Source: Didymodactylos carnosus
Lineage: Eukaryota
Length of the DNA stretch: 20,977 bases
Direction: 5' to 3'
Assembly: GCA_905250885.1 (NCBI GenBank)
Contig: CAJNOQ010003215.1
Location: 1 to 20,977 of the forward strand
Both the position numbers and the translations under genes were made by a program. The notes under the pieces were generated by a model, which searched no databases, was not told the origin of the DNA, and was given only the letters and a program-made list of their open reading frames with translations. Positions 1 to 10,384 of the stretch are shown piece after piece (position 1 is the stretch's first letter; every line of letters begins with the position of its first letter).

Positions 1-119
1 CAACTGGCATTGTTAAAATGTAATAGAAGTTTACTTCAGTAACTTTTTCTGTTTCAACAAGATTGATATATTAAATGGCACAGAAAAAAAAAGAAATGAA
101 CCACAATCATCAGAAAAGA

Positions 120-250
120 ATCTAAAAGATTACCGGACTCGAAATGGACTCGGACTCGGACTCGGAATAAATTTTTGAGGACTCGGACTCGGTCCCTCCC
201 GGACTCGCCCATGCCTGGACCCGACCGGACTCCACCTGTTTCGGTCTCTG
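120..250. repeat. Imperfect hexanucleotide microsatellite (GGACTC)n
   Basis: ggactcgaaatggactcggactcggactcgga...ggactcggactcggtccctcccggactcgcccatgcctggacccgaccggactcc. It is locally GC-rich and produces the spurious ORF 54..284(-). Confidence 0.85.
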
Positions 251-1222
251 GTAGAGACAGACGTTTCTCGCATAAGTTGCTCAATCAATGTCTGAGTTTT
301 TTGTTCATGTTTATTTTCGTAAAAGCCCTAAAAACAGACTGACAAATAACAACAAGGAATTTCACTAGTGCGAAGACTTTCGCAAAGTTTTTTTTTATCT
401 GAAAAATATGTTATTGCATTTAATATTACTCATATCTATTGTATAAGTGTATCTCTACTACAAACTATGAAGTTATTTCGTACAAATCCCCTAGTTGCTA
501 AACGATGGGCTCAAAGGGGTGTAGAATATGAAAAATGGCCTGTTTTTGCAAATCTGTTTTCTCGTCCGATATCTCTCGAAATTTTGGCACTCATATACCA
601 ATGATCAGCACACATATCAGGTTGTCAAACTATACTTTCGGATTTACGGCATATTCAACTTCGGTTTTGCTTGTTTTGCAATTAAGAAAACCGATTTGGC
701 AATAGGCAATTCATATTCTACACCTTTTGAGCTCATTATACAACAACTAAGAGACTTGTACTAAATGACTTCATAGTTTATAGTAAAGATACGCTTATAC
801 AACAGATATAAATAATATTAATTACAATAACATATTTTTCAGGTAAAAATAACTTATGTGAAAGTCATCGCGCTAGTGAAATTCCTCCTTGTTGTGCATG
901 TACGTTCGCACATGTGCGACAGTAGTTTTTGCACATGTTTTTGAATATAGATAATACTCAACGTCGACTACTTATGCTTCAACTGTGGAGTCTTGATCTA
1001 CTTTCTAGATCAAGATATAAACAAAAGAAATTCTACTTTTATATAGTTATCGCTTGAGCCTGTTTTTTTTACGAAAAGTTTGATAACTTTTGAATGAAGT
1101 TTCGGTGAAAAGCTTTTGGGAATCTTCCTAAGTGTGTCGCTACTATCTATCGTGCAAATGTGAACAAAAACCTCAGACGTTGATTGAGCAACTTATGCGA
1201 GAAACGTCTGTCTCTACTGTGC
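249..1222. mobile_element. Non-autonomous DNA-transposon-like element of about 0.97 kb bounded by 37-bp perfect terminal inverted repeats
   Basis: 249-285 'tagagacagacgtttctcgcataagttgctcaatcaa' is the exact reverse complement of 1186-1222 'ttgattgagcaacttatgcgagaaacgtctgtctcta'. The interior is AT-rich, holds internal hairpins (for example cttgatctactttctagatcaag at 991-1013) and has no credible ORF. I could not identify a target-site duplication by eye. Confidence 0.55.
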
Positions 1223-2964
1223 AATGGCTCTTAAGTTGACTTTAGTTTTTCCAGTTTAAGAATTAACTCTAGTGCCCGCTTTTCGAGCTAAACGTTTTTC
1301 TTTATCACGGGCGACCAAATCATTTTCAAATTTTATGGGCATTGTTGTGCCCATAAAAACAGAAATGCGTTGCGTATGGTTACATATGCAAATGCTGTAT
1401 TTTGGTTTTGTAATATATGTTTTCTTTTTAAAGAGTGTAGTCGATACCGAGACATATTTTCAACATGTTTATAGCAAACAAAGGAAGAAGTTATTAGCCG
1501 TTCTACGGTGGAATTCGTCTGATAAATTGACATTTGATAAACATGAATGGTTTATTTAGAGTGCCCATTGATATGTCCCTATATATCCTTCCTGAAAAGT
1601 ATACAGCAATAAAAAAGTTATAAACCAAACAGGGAGGAAGAGTGTTGTAAGGCGCCGCTAATTCAAAGGATTTACCTGTTGGCTTTTCAAAAGATTTACA
1701 TTTTGACTTTTTTCACACATATTCTGATAGAAAAAAATCATGCTGATTCCAAATATCACCTTTTTAGTTCGAGAAAGTCAGATCTTCATGGAAAAAAACG
1801 CGAAATACTGAAGGTGGGTCGAAAACCTGAAAAAATCGAAATTTTGCGAAAAAGAGTCCTAATGTATTTTACGTTATTCGAAATTATCTATTAAAACCAA
1901 GATTATATTTGTAATCTAGACGTGGTGACAGATCGATCTATTTAGAAGCAGATGTCTCACGTCAAATAGTCATGTTTATACAGCATTTTAAAGAGTAATG
2001 TATTCTCTACAAAATACACTATTTTACGTTTTGATAACTATTTTTTCAAAATTGGGTATAATTCCGGATAACGGTCAAATTCGAATACTGCATCAAAAAG
2101 TGATCATTTACGACGAAAATTATAAGATATACTAAGATCACATGTTAACATAGTTAACAATTTATTTATTCAGTTAGACATCCAGTTAAATATATGGTGA
2201 AAGGTTTATTATTTATGGTTGTATTTTTCCAAGAAATCGTATAGGTTAGATATTTGTCACAGGGAGAGTATAATTTTTGTAATTCCATTAATTCACACTT
2301 ATAAATCATAAAACTTTCTAATCTGATGTCTACTATATGTCCCCATCGTTAGTTAACTACCTGTAATCTATTCTGTTCAATAGATGTTTTCCACTTTGGG
2401 TGGACGGTGTTTTTGTAAAACCAGGCTACTGAATAAGTGCGTTTTTCAGTTCGTAACTATGGCCCGAACACTTGTCTTAGTATCTTATAATTTGCACCAT
2501 GTTGTATGACGTATAGTAAGTATAAGTAGATTATTAATAGCATATGATGCTCTGTAACATATGGAAAAAATTCGATTAGATTTTTTTAGATTAGACAAAT
2601 TAGGTTAGATCACCCTCTCTCGATTTTCCAAAAACTCAGTCATACATGGAAATATCTATCTCCAAAAGCACAATTACTTCCAACGGAGAGAGGCTCTCGA
2701 ATATCAATATTATCCCTGTGGGTTTATTATCTCATTGATTTTCATGAAAGTTGTGTAATTCAAGATAAGTTTTACATGCATTTACTCGCTTTCAGGTGCA
2801 TTATGTAGGAAAAACTGACATTTTCAGAATTAAAATTTTAAACGCAAGAACGAAAAGGTTTCAAGAGCTGCTGAAATGAGAGAACTTTTTAAAAGCAAAA
2901 ATAAATCTCGTCACATTATGATTTCTCTCAATGGTTTCTGGTGGAAGTTTAAAAAAACGCTTAC

Positions 2965-3042
2965 CATCTGCATCAACTTCATTAATCATATCTTGTAATT
3001 CATATTCAGTCGGATTTTGACCTAGACTTCTCATAACTGTAC
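2965..3042 (-). CDS. Calmodulin-like protein, exon 2 (helix and start of EF-hand 2): (G)[26 protein letters not shown]
   Basis: Acceptor ttcttatag| and donor G|gtaagcg. It matches calmodulin '[26 protein letters not shown]' except for one residue. The remainder of EF-hand 2 and EF-hands 3-4 were not found between positions 1 and 2964. Confidence 0.85.
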
Positions 3043-3127
3043 CTATAAGAAAAGAGAAAATTAAAATGTGTTATTTATTCATCATTTAAAAATTCAACTT
3101 AAAATTGAACTTTTTCGATATTATTAC

Positions 3128-3242
3128 CTAATACTTTTGTTGTTATTGTGCCATCTCCATCTTTGTCGAATAAGGAAAATGCTTCTTGAAATTCTGCTAT
3201 TTGTTCTTCTACCAGTAGGTCATGTACAATAGGTTTTCCCAT
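3128..3242 (-). CDS. Calmodulin-like EF-hand protein, exon 1 (start codon and EF-hand 1): [39 protein letters not shown]
   Basis: ATG at 3242-3240. Over '[26 protein letters not shown]' it is near-identical to calmodulin. Donor G|gtaataat. A possible acceptor (tttcttacag) lies about 30 nt upstream of the ATG and the frame stays open across it, so a spliced or trans-spliced 5' end is possible. Confidence 0.85.
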
Positions 3243-3759
3243 CTCAAATTTAAAGTTAAGAAAAGAGAACCTGTAAGAAATTATAAGGGGAAACGAGAAA
3301 AGAGGAGAGAGTGAGACTTATTGTCTGCCATAGAGCAGAAAATAGTTATCATATTGACCAATTTGGACTTATAGACAACCGGACCTCGAAAAATTCTCCC
3401 AACTCCAGACTCAAAGCGAAGGAAATTTCAAGTACATTATAAATTAGTCAACATTCTTCTCTCTAAATTAAACTAACTTTGACACTGTACAACGTTGTGT
3501 TTAAGAGCAATAATATTTATTCCCTTGATCGTAAGTCTAGAATCATATAAAACTGTCTGTCAATCACAAGATGGTGACCACAATCGCAGTCGGTTTTCGG
3601 ATCTCAGACCTATAGAATCGACAATTAAGACATAGGACTAAAACTTGCGAATAAAATTTTTACAAAATTTAAGGTGTGCCATATTTAAGCTCACTTGGAA
3701 CTCTATCTAATCATGAAAGTTACCTAGAGACTATACTGGTTAACAGTATCTTCGCCGAT

Positions 3760-4330
3760 ATGACTTTCGCCAATGGCGAGTGGCATGTGAACTTTCGCCA
3801 ATTGCTGAAAGTCATGTGGACCCTTGCCAATACGATCACTTGACTTTCGTCAAATGGCAAGACTCCGGTGGAATTTTGCCATTATTGGCCAAAGTCCGCT
3901 GCGCTCTTCGAGTAGAGGGTTTCTGGTACTTGGTGAGAATTCGGTGTCTTTTCCTGTGTTTTCAGCAATCTAGTGAACCTCCACTAGATTTTCACCAATA
4001 TTTGACTTGAAGGCAACTCCGACCATCAATACAGTACATGAATCGAGGGGACTCAAGCGGCCAACTATGTCGCCAATACTGGCCGAGGTTCGACGAATTT
4101 CGCTAACTCCACCTCTGTCTTGGCATTTGGCGAAGGTTCTGTGAACTCACGCCAATATTTGCGAAGTTCCTATGGAAGTTTGCCAGTATTGGCGAGAGTC
4201 CACAGAATCTTCGCCAATTTCATCCATTCCTTTTCGCTAACTGGCAAAAGTTTACGTGACTTTCGTCAATACATCACCCGGACATTCACCAATAGTTGGC
4301 GAAGAGCGAAAACCCTGCTATACTAGCGAA
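3760..4330. repeat. Degenerate tandem array built from the short inverted motif pair TTCGCCAAT / ATTGGCGA(A) with a periodicity of about 40 bp
   Basis: Recurring units such as 'gactttcgccaatggcgagtggcatgtgaac', 'tttcgccaattgctgaaagtcatgtggac' and 'cagtattggcgagagtccacagaatcttcgccaatttc'. At least 12 GCCAAT/ATTGGC cores are present. ORF-track hits 3780..4456(+) fall entirely inside the array. It lies in the intergenic space between the PARP4 3' end and the calmodulin-like start codon. Confidence 0.75.
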
Positions 4331-5412
4331 GATTATTCCACCCCATTTATTGGATACGTGTGTCTTCTTCTGAAATCAATCAATCTCAATTTAACTAAGC
4401 GCACAGAAGTTTGCCCTCGGCAAAAGCCGTTCTACCAACACACAAATCTTACGTGATTAAATTTTTTGCGACAATTTTTACTCAAGATTATCTTTTTTAA
4501 ATTATCATTTATACTTTTGGTCGTTAGGATATTTTGAACCAATAAAAATTGTATCCGACGATTTTTAAGCAAGTAACTTCCCTCCCCACATAATAGTAGA
4601 CCATTCTCTATTAGAAGACCACTGCCAGTTATACGACTTGAAAGCCAAATAGAAGACCATGGTCTTCTAATCTAATTCTAATCTAAAAATTCTAATTGTT
4701 TGAATAGGGTATATACTTCAAGTATATGGGGGGTTACCGTTAGACAACTAGCAGGCGACAAAATTTGACCGCAACAGAACACCACTCTTTAATATTCGAC
4801 TTGTCGGACAGTATAGAAGACCAGTGCTCGGGGAGTATACATTTTTTTGTCAGTTAGCTTGAGAGGAACTTTATGTTATCACTTAACGGGGTTTCAGTCA
4901 AGTAACCAAGGTAATCACAGATAAACGTTATGTGATCAACGATGACGCTGCGAGGGTGTAGAAAGATGTGCACTTGCTATGCTACTATTAGAAATGTTTC
5001 ATTTTTTTCTCAGTAAAACCCATTTGAAAAAACCGGAAAAAGGCCATTCCCCAAAAAAACCTTTGGTTGCATAACCCTTTTATTTAATAGTCCTCCACTC
5101 GTCCCCCAACACACATAAAACCTTTTCTTCTATGAGTCACCCTAGCTGATAATTAACAGATATCAAGAATTCGACCATATCTCAATCTAAGAAAATAATC
5201 TCTTACCGTTTTGCCCGGTGACACTTCTGGTAATCTGAACAGACAGAAATGACACAAGATTTATGAATTCTATGGTTTTTTTTACTCTTCTATTCTTTCT
5301 TACATTTCACCGAATAAATATTCTATTGTACTCATACGATTTTCCATTTCTGTTCGTTCTTCCCAAGTTGACGTATCAATTTCTGCTTTGACATCTATAT
5401 ACAGACAACATA

Positions 5413-5688
5413 TCAAATAGAAAATGTAAGCTTAGCTATATATAACAAAAATTCTTTCAAACCATTTTTCAGTTGTTTTAAAAGTTGTCTAGCTTCTTCA
5501 TAATTTTTCAATGAATAATAATATGTTTCGATCAATGTTAACATGGCATCAAATTTTTCTTGACCTTGACGATAAGAAACACTTTTGCATAATGCGAGCA
5601 ATTCTGGACATAATTGACTTTTGCTTGGGATCGATGCACATTCAATTAATTTTTTAATCTGAACAAGTTTTTCTTTCAACAATGCTGA
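5413..5688 (-). CDS. PARP4: Probable terminal coding exon ending in TGA: SALLKEKLVQIKKLIECASIPSKSQLCPELLALCKSVSYRQGQEKFDAMLTLIETYYYSLKNYEEARQLLKQLKNGLKEFLLYIAKLTFSI*
   Basis: Acceptor ttttgtttatag| in phase 0 with the upstream exon, matching ORF-track hit 5413..5682. No strong homology is recognisable. An internal phase-1 donor (AATG|gtttga) could instead continue to exons not identified here. Confidence 0.5.
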   Translation of the reverse strand, partial: SALLKEKLVQIKKLIECASIPSKSQLCPELLALCKSVSYRQGQEKFDAMLTLIETYYYSLKNYEEARQLLKQLKNGLKEFLLYIAKLTFSI

Positions 5689-6143
5689 CTATAAACAAAA
5701 CAGACCAACATGGAGTTCGAACAAACGACACCAAACATTCGTATTTGTTGATTATCACTTATTCGCGAAATTTCAGAAAGAACAGTGAAAATCTTCAGTT
5801 TGATTAGGATTAATGAAATGTTAACTTAATCAGAAATTAGAAAAAAATTTGAAAAGAGATAAGATACATTTGCATCTTTAAGAAACCAGAATCAAAAACA
5901 AAACTCACAGTTTATTTTTCCCCGTCTCGGTACGTACAAACGGTTAGTTGAACTTCGTATTTATACTTGTATATATGTTTGAAAATTAGGAAAAGAAATA
6001 TATTGAACAAAGAAATTCAGAAATAAAAATAAAAAGAGAAAAAATTTCATATAGATAGTGAAGCGGAAGACGAAGATACTGGAAAAAAAACTATTCATCG
6101 GTTGCTCCTACATCCGCTTTACTATGGACTTGAAATATCTTAC

Positions 6144-6223
6144 TTGCGATTTTTCACCATCCCAAACAATATATGGTAATAGATCCGTATCGTTTTTCAG
6201 CATAATATCTAATAAACGAACAC
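6144..6223 (-). CDS. PARP4: Exon: (G)VRLLDIMLKNDTDLLPYIVWDGEKSQ
   Basis: Acceptor ttcattcgatag| and donor CAA|gtaaga, phase 1 to 0. 'DLLPYIVWDGE' corresponds to PARP4 'DFLPYMSWQGE'. Confidence 0.72.
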
Positions 6224-6296
6224 CTATCGAATGAAAAAAACTTTTAATCATATCTTAATCAGTTGTGATTGCAAATAGATAAGCGAGTATTATTAC

Positions 6297-6423
6297 CTTG
6301 TTTTACTTGTTTATCATCATCTTTATTTCGTTCTTCAATAGCAACAAAGCTTGTGAATGGACTTACGATTGAATATTTTGTACTTAAGTCAATAATATGT
6401 TGCTTATATTGAGATTTTATTAA
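6297..6423 (-). CDS. PARP4: Exon: LIKSQYKQHIIDLSTKYSIVSPFTSFVAIEERNKDDDKQVKQ(G)
   Basis: Acceptor aacttttag| and donor CAAG|gtaata, phase 0 to 1. 'SIVSPFTSFVAIEER' corresponds to PARP4 'SLITQFTSFVAVEKR' and VWA5A 'SSFTAFIAINKE'. Confidence 0.8.
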
Positions 6424-6724
6424 CTAAAAGTTACGTACACATCAGTAACAAATTTAAGTAACATTTTCCCAAAGTTATTCGTAAATTAGTGGTGAAAAAG
6501 TATGATTTCGTACTTCCAAGATTCCATCGCCATTTTTAGAGTAAGAAATTTCGGATTGATTTCAAAAAATCGAGAAATGTTTTTTCTATGTCGTAACGTC
6601 GTTGAATTTTTCAATATAAGTTTAGTTAAGGAGAAATTTAAAAAGTTTTCGAGAAGTATATAAAATCTCTCTAACTTTCAGAAACTGGTGACAGGGCTTT
6701 AAGAAAAGATATGTATTCACTTAC

Positions 6725-6886
6725 TTCATTAGTTGTATCATCCATATTTAATAAACCATTTTCCCAATCATCGATAATAGCACGTGCTGTTAAACAATGT
6801 AATATTTTTCCAGTTGTTTCAGTCATTTTATTCGAAAACACAGTTGTTCGTAATTCATGGCCATTTATATTTGCTTTCAACGTTAC
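6725..6886 (-). CDS. PARP4: Post-VWA exon: VTLKANINGHELRTTVFSNKMTETTGKILHCLTARAIIDDWENGLLNMDDTTNE
   Basis: Acceptor atttaaaaag| and donor GAA|gtaagtg, 54 codons. Joined to the previous exon it aligns without a gap to PARP4 'CTQATLCALIQEKEFRTMVSTTELQKTTGTMIHKLAARALIRDYEDGILHENETSHE'. Confidence 0.8.
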
Positions 6887-6948
6887 CTTTTTAAATTGGA
6901 AGAATGATGTCAGTTTCATTCTCGTTTATTGTATAATTTTTCTCCTAC

Positions 6949-7128
6949 CTTGTAACAATTGTTAATAAAACCATATACTGTTAAACGCATACCATTAAAT
7001 AATGAGTTAATATGTGATGGTGCTTTAAAAAATTGATAATTATTATTTTCATCTAATTCATCATTATGCCAATCAATAACAATTCCGTTAACGCATGGTT
7101 GGCGAATATTTTCCAAAATATTTAATAC
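6949..7128 (-). CDS. PARP4: Post-VWA exon: VLNILENIRQPCVNGIVIDWHNDELDENNNYQFFKAPSHINSLFNGMRLTVYGFINNCYK
   Basis: Acceptor ttccttatag| and donor AAG|gtagga, 60 codons. 'SLFNGMRLTVYGFI' corresponds to PARP4 'SLFLNDRLLVYGFI' and VWA5A 'VIFRGQRLISYA'. It is followed by a 62-nt intron. Confidence 0.8.
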
Positions 7129-7185
7129 CTATAAGGAAAGAAAATTCTCATCAGTAATTCGAATAAAATGAAGACTTTTCTATAC

Positions 7186-8019
7186 TTTAGTTTTCCATTT
7201 AGAGCGATAATTTGTATCGAATACAGTTGCTAAACCACCACCACTATCCGTACAGTTTGTCAATTGTTTTAAAGCATGTTTATTGGCTGTATCACCAACT
7301 GAGCATGTAAAACATCGATCATGACTCATTTGTTGTTGTTTTAATAATAATATAATTGATTTTATATCATTTAGATGGCCATCGGATATTAATACAAAAT
7401 TTCGTCCAGATTTTGATGGTAATAATGAATAATTAGTTAAAACAGGAAATAAATCTGTATTACCACGATGAACAATTGAATGTAATACAAAATGTTTTGC
7501 TTTATCAAGATTTTCTTTTGTACCAGGATATGATATTGGAAAACATTCATCATTATCTGAACCAAATGTAACAATATTAAATAGGATGTTGTCATTAATT
7601 GTCATATTTGATATAAACAAATGTGCCAATTGTTTTGCTTGTTTTACTGCTTTACCATCCATTGAATTTGATACATCAATCAGATAAATAATTTCAGTTA
7701 TATTACTATTTGTTTGATAATCAAATTTTGGATAAAATGTTAACATACATGCTTTTGATTCTGAATTTGGATATGTTTCAACTAACATTCTTGGTATATT
7801 AATTGTTTTTAGTTTTATTGTTAATATAAAATCTTTATCAAAAATATTATCAATTAATTCAATCATAGCTTGACAATCGGTAACTTTTCGACGTATGCGA
7901 TGTGTTGGTGAAAATATTTTTTCTATATCATATGGCATTTGTATAGATAGTTTTAAACTAAATTGTATTTGATTAATAGCAACTGAATCAGTTGTTATAC
8001 CGATCGATGGCAATAATGT
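7186..8019 (-). CDS. PARP4: Large exon holding the end of the VIT domain and the VWA domain: TLLPSIGITTDSVAINQIQFSLKLSIQMPYDIEKIFSPTHRI...IIYLIDVSNSMDGKAVKQAKQ...VLISDGHLND...KTKV
   Basis: A continuous 278-codon frame (ORF-track 7180..8013). The acceptor tatatatttttag| at 8020-8021 is also an in-frame TAG. Donor AAA|gtatag. 'IQFSLKLSIQMPYDIEKIFSPTH', 'PRMLVETYPNSESKACMLTFYP', the MIDAS-type 'LIDVSNSMDG' and 'NFVLISDGHL' match PARP4 and VWA5A VWA domains. Confidence 0.9.
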
Positions 8020-8189
8020 CTAAAAATATATATAGATTTCTAATGAATTTTGACCTTTTTCAGTTTTATTGTCGACAAAGAGGTCAAGACGTGAAAACCA
8101 GAAAAGATGCGTCGCTTAGGCAAAACATAAAAATTCGATTATTCATTAGTATTATTAAAGTTAAAGTGGGGATTATTAGTAGATGATTA

Positions 8190-9030
8190 GACCAAGGTGA
8201 GAAAAAAAGTGAAGCTGTTAACTCGACGTATGACTGAGTTGTAAAAAACATTAGTGTTAGGGATCACGGTATGCAAGCCTATGGTCGAAAACTCAAAACA
8301 CTCAAAATGAAAATTCAGATTGCATAAGATCGAAAATAAGAATGACGAAAACCTGAAACGTAGAAAACAAAAATGATGAAATAGAGAAATATTGAAAATC
8401 TGAAATATCGAAAATGCAGAATGTCGAAAGGTAAAAACATCGGAAATGTGAGTTTTAGAAGCGATTCCTGTCTCCAAAATATTTAGTTATTCTGTAAAAA
8501 CGACAAGCCAGTAAGCATAATAAAATGCGTGTGTCAGCGGGCCGATGAGTGTGACTAGATTTAAGACAATGAAACACCATGTGTTAAGAATTCGTCATAG
8601 TTGACAGATAAATCTATCGAGCTACGAGAACTATGCTCTTTTCTGGTTAATATCATCTCATCAAACAGAACGGCAAAATATTTCACTTGAAAACGAAATG
8701 ACCGTTTGCACAAAAGAGTTGCAGAACTATCGGGAAAATTATGAACAAGAAACATTTTCGAAATACGAGTGTGCTTCCAAAACTCACGTTTCCATTGCTT
8801 TTACCCTTCGACATGCTGCGTTTCAACATTTCAGGTTTTCAGTATTTCGCTCTTTCGTCATTTTTGTTTTCTATATTTCAGGTTTTCGTCATTCTTATTT
8901 TCGACCTTATGCATTATGAATTTCACTTTCGGTTTTGAGTTTTCGAGATTCAGCCATATACTCGGGATCGCGTTTCTCGCTGCAAACGAAAAAATTCCAC
9001 AAATTTTGAACGCAGTAATAGGGACCTAAA
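8190..9030. mobile_element. Foldback/MITE-like element with inverted arms of about 170 bp (8281-8450 and 8785-8953) around a loop of about 330 bp
   Basis: The reverse complement of 8281-8450 matches 8785-8953 over most positions. The arms are built from short 'ttcgaaaat/gaaaac'-type subrepeats. ORF-track hits 8187..8477(-) and 8769..9029(+) are mirror-image translations of the two arms. The element lies inside the 2.3-kb PARP4 intron, about 170 bp from the acceptor of the VWA exon. Confidence 0.7.
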
Positions 9031-9950
9031 TCCTTTTAGGCTTTTTCTCAGGCCAACAGGGTCTGCATATTGGCGAAATATAGTTGAAAATAGGATGGAT
9101 CATGTGGAACGGTTGCCCCGTTAGTCTTGAACGCTGTTTTAGTATATCACGGTTTGAAAAGTTCAAACAGTGTTAACACGAAAAATTTGCATTTTTTCGT
9201 AAATTTAGCTGGGTTTTAGCTTCTTTGAAAATTATATTATTTTTTGACTTATCTCCCTTAAACGTTTTTTTGAAAACCTAAAATACGTTTTTTCATAGAT
9301 AACCCAGTGTGCTCTATCCGCATATGTGAGAATAAACGAAAAATAATATCTACTCGAATTTTGAATTATTGACACCTTAGGAGGTCTGAATGCAGATATG
9401 TTGGTAGAAAATTATGCATACTGAAAATATTTTATGTACAATAGACGTCATGACTCTCTGCTACACGAAAAAAATAGATATTGGACGACTATCTGTCTCT
9501 ATTCCTTCACTGTTGTTAATATTCGTTGTAATAGTGAATTAGAAAATAATTTGCTCAAACAATATACCTCGTACTCTTTTTCTCTCTTTCTCCCCAATAA
9601 CAGTGGAAGTTGAGAGATAAACACACTATAATAGAGAATGAAACTTCTGCCAGAAAAGAGACTATGAACAAAAGCTACATGAACGTCAGACATCTCCTTA
9701 AAAATATCAATTGCTCAATGGTAAAAATTTCGTTCCGTGGATCGATCTAACGTAAAATCTGATTTTCTGGAAAATCTGTTATTGAAATCGTATACAAGTC
9801 ATAAGCAAAATATGTACTTTTTATTTTTGAAGAACAATCACGGTCAAAAACTGACGTTGCGAGGTTATAATAGGTCAGAAATGAGATGGCTACCCTTAAC
9901 TGAAATCTCATATTCGCTTGAGAAATGCAGGATTTAGAAAGTTTAAGTGA

Positions 9951-10348
9951 CCCCAAAAAAACTTATACCCTCTGTATTTATTGACTTTCTTGTGTACAGA
10001 TATGATCGAACTTCTTATCATCAGTTTAGTCGAGCAGAGCAAAGATTTCTGAACAAAATGAGATGTCTCTGAGCTCTGTTCGAGCTTTTCTCATAAAACG
10101 GCATTCAATTTACGGAAGGCCCTAAGAGCGTATCTTTCTTGTTTTCCCGTTAATTGTACTAATTTTGGTGGTATCCTTCCGTAAACTGGGTGCTGTTTCA
10201 TGAGAAAAGCTCAAACAGAACTCAGAGACATTTCATTTTGTCCAGAAATCTTTCTCTACTCGACTAAACTGATGGTAAAATGTTCAATCATATTTGTACA
10301 CAAGAAAGTCAATAAATAGAGAGGGAGTAAGCTTTTTTGGGCCACCCT
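9951..10348. mobile_element. Long imperfect hairpin / MITE-like foldback element of about 400 bp
   Basis: 9951-10095 (ccccaaaaaaacttataccctctgtatttattgactttcttgtgtacag...gagcttttctcat) is the reverse complement, at about 90% identity, of 10200-10348 (atgagaaaagctc...ctgtataagt... gggccaccc). Pairing continues inward (ttacggaagg / ccttccgtaa) to a central loop near 10125-10170. It lies in a PARP4 intron, 37 bp from the donor of VIT exon 2. Confidence 0.7.
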
Positions 10349-10384
10349 GTATAAGTTTTATAAAATCCAGAAAATAAGGCCTAC

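Noticed and set aside
54-284. ORF 54..284(-), 76 aa
   Set aside because: It is a translation of the (GGACTC)n microsatellite plus the left terminal repeat of the TIR element. The peptide is low-complexity (GxGxGxG / RVRVRV).
2830-2868. Candidate exon 3 of the calmodulin-like gene behind acceptor ctctcatttcag|CAGCTCTTG
   Set aside because: In the required phase it encodes '[13 protein letters not shown]', which breaks the EF-hand 2 loop consensus (positions 5, 6, 8 and 12 are wrong) and terminates after 13 codons.
3780-4456. Three overlapping plus-strand ORFs
   Set aside because: They lie entirely within the TTCGCCAAT/ATTGGCGA tandem array, so their frames are repeat-driven. They show no homology and no splice signals.
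8187-9029. Mirror-image ORFs 8187..8477(-) and 8769..9029(+) with near-identical Phe/Ser-rich translations
   Set aside because: They are the two arms of one inverted repeat read on opposite strands. The translations are low-complexity and show no coding features.
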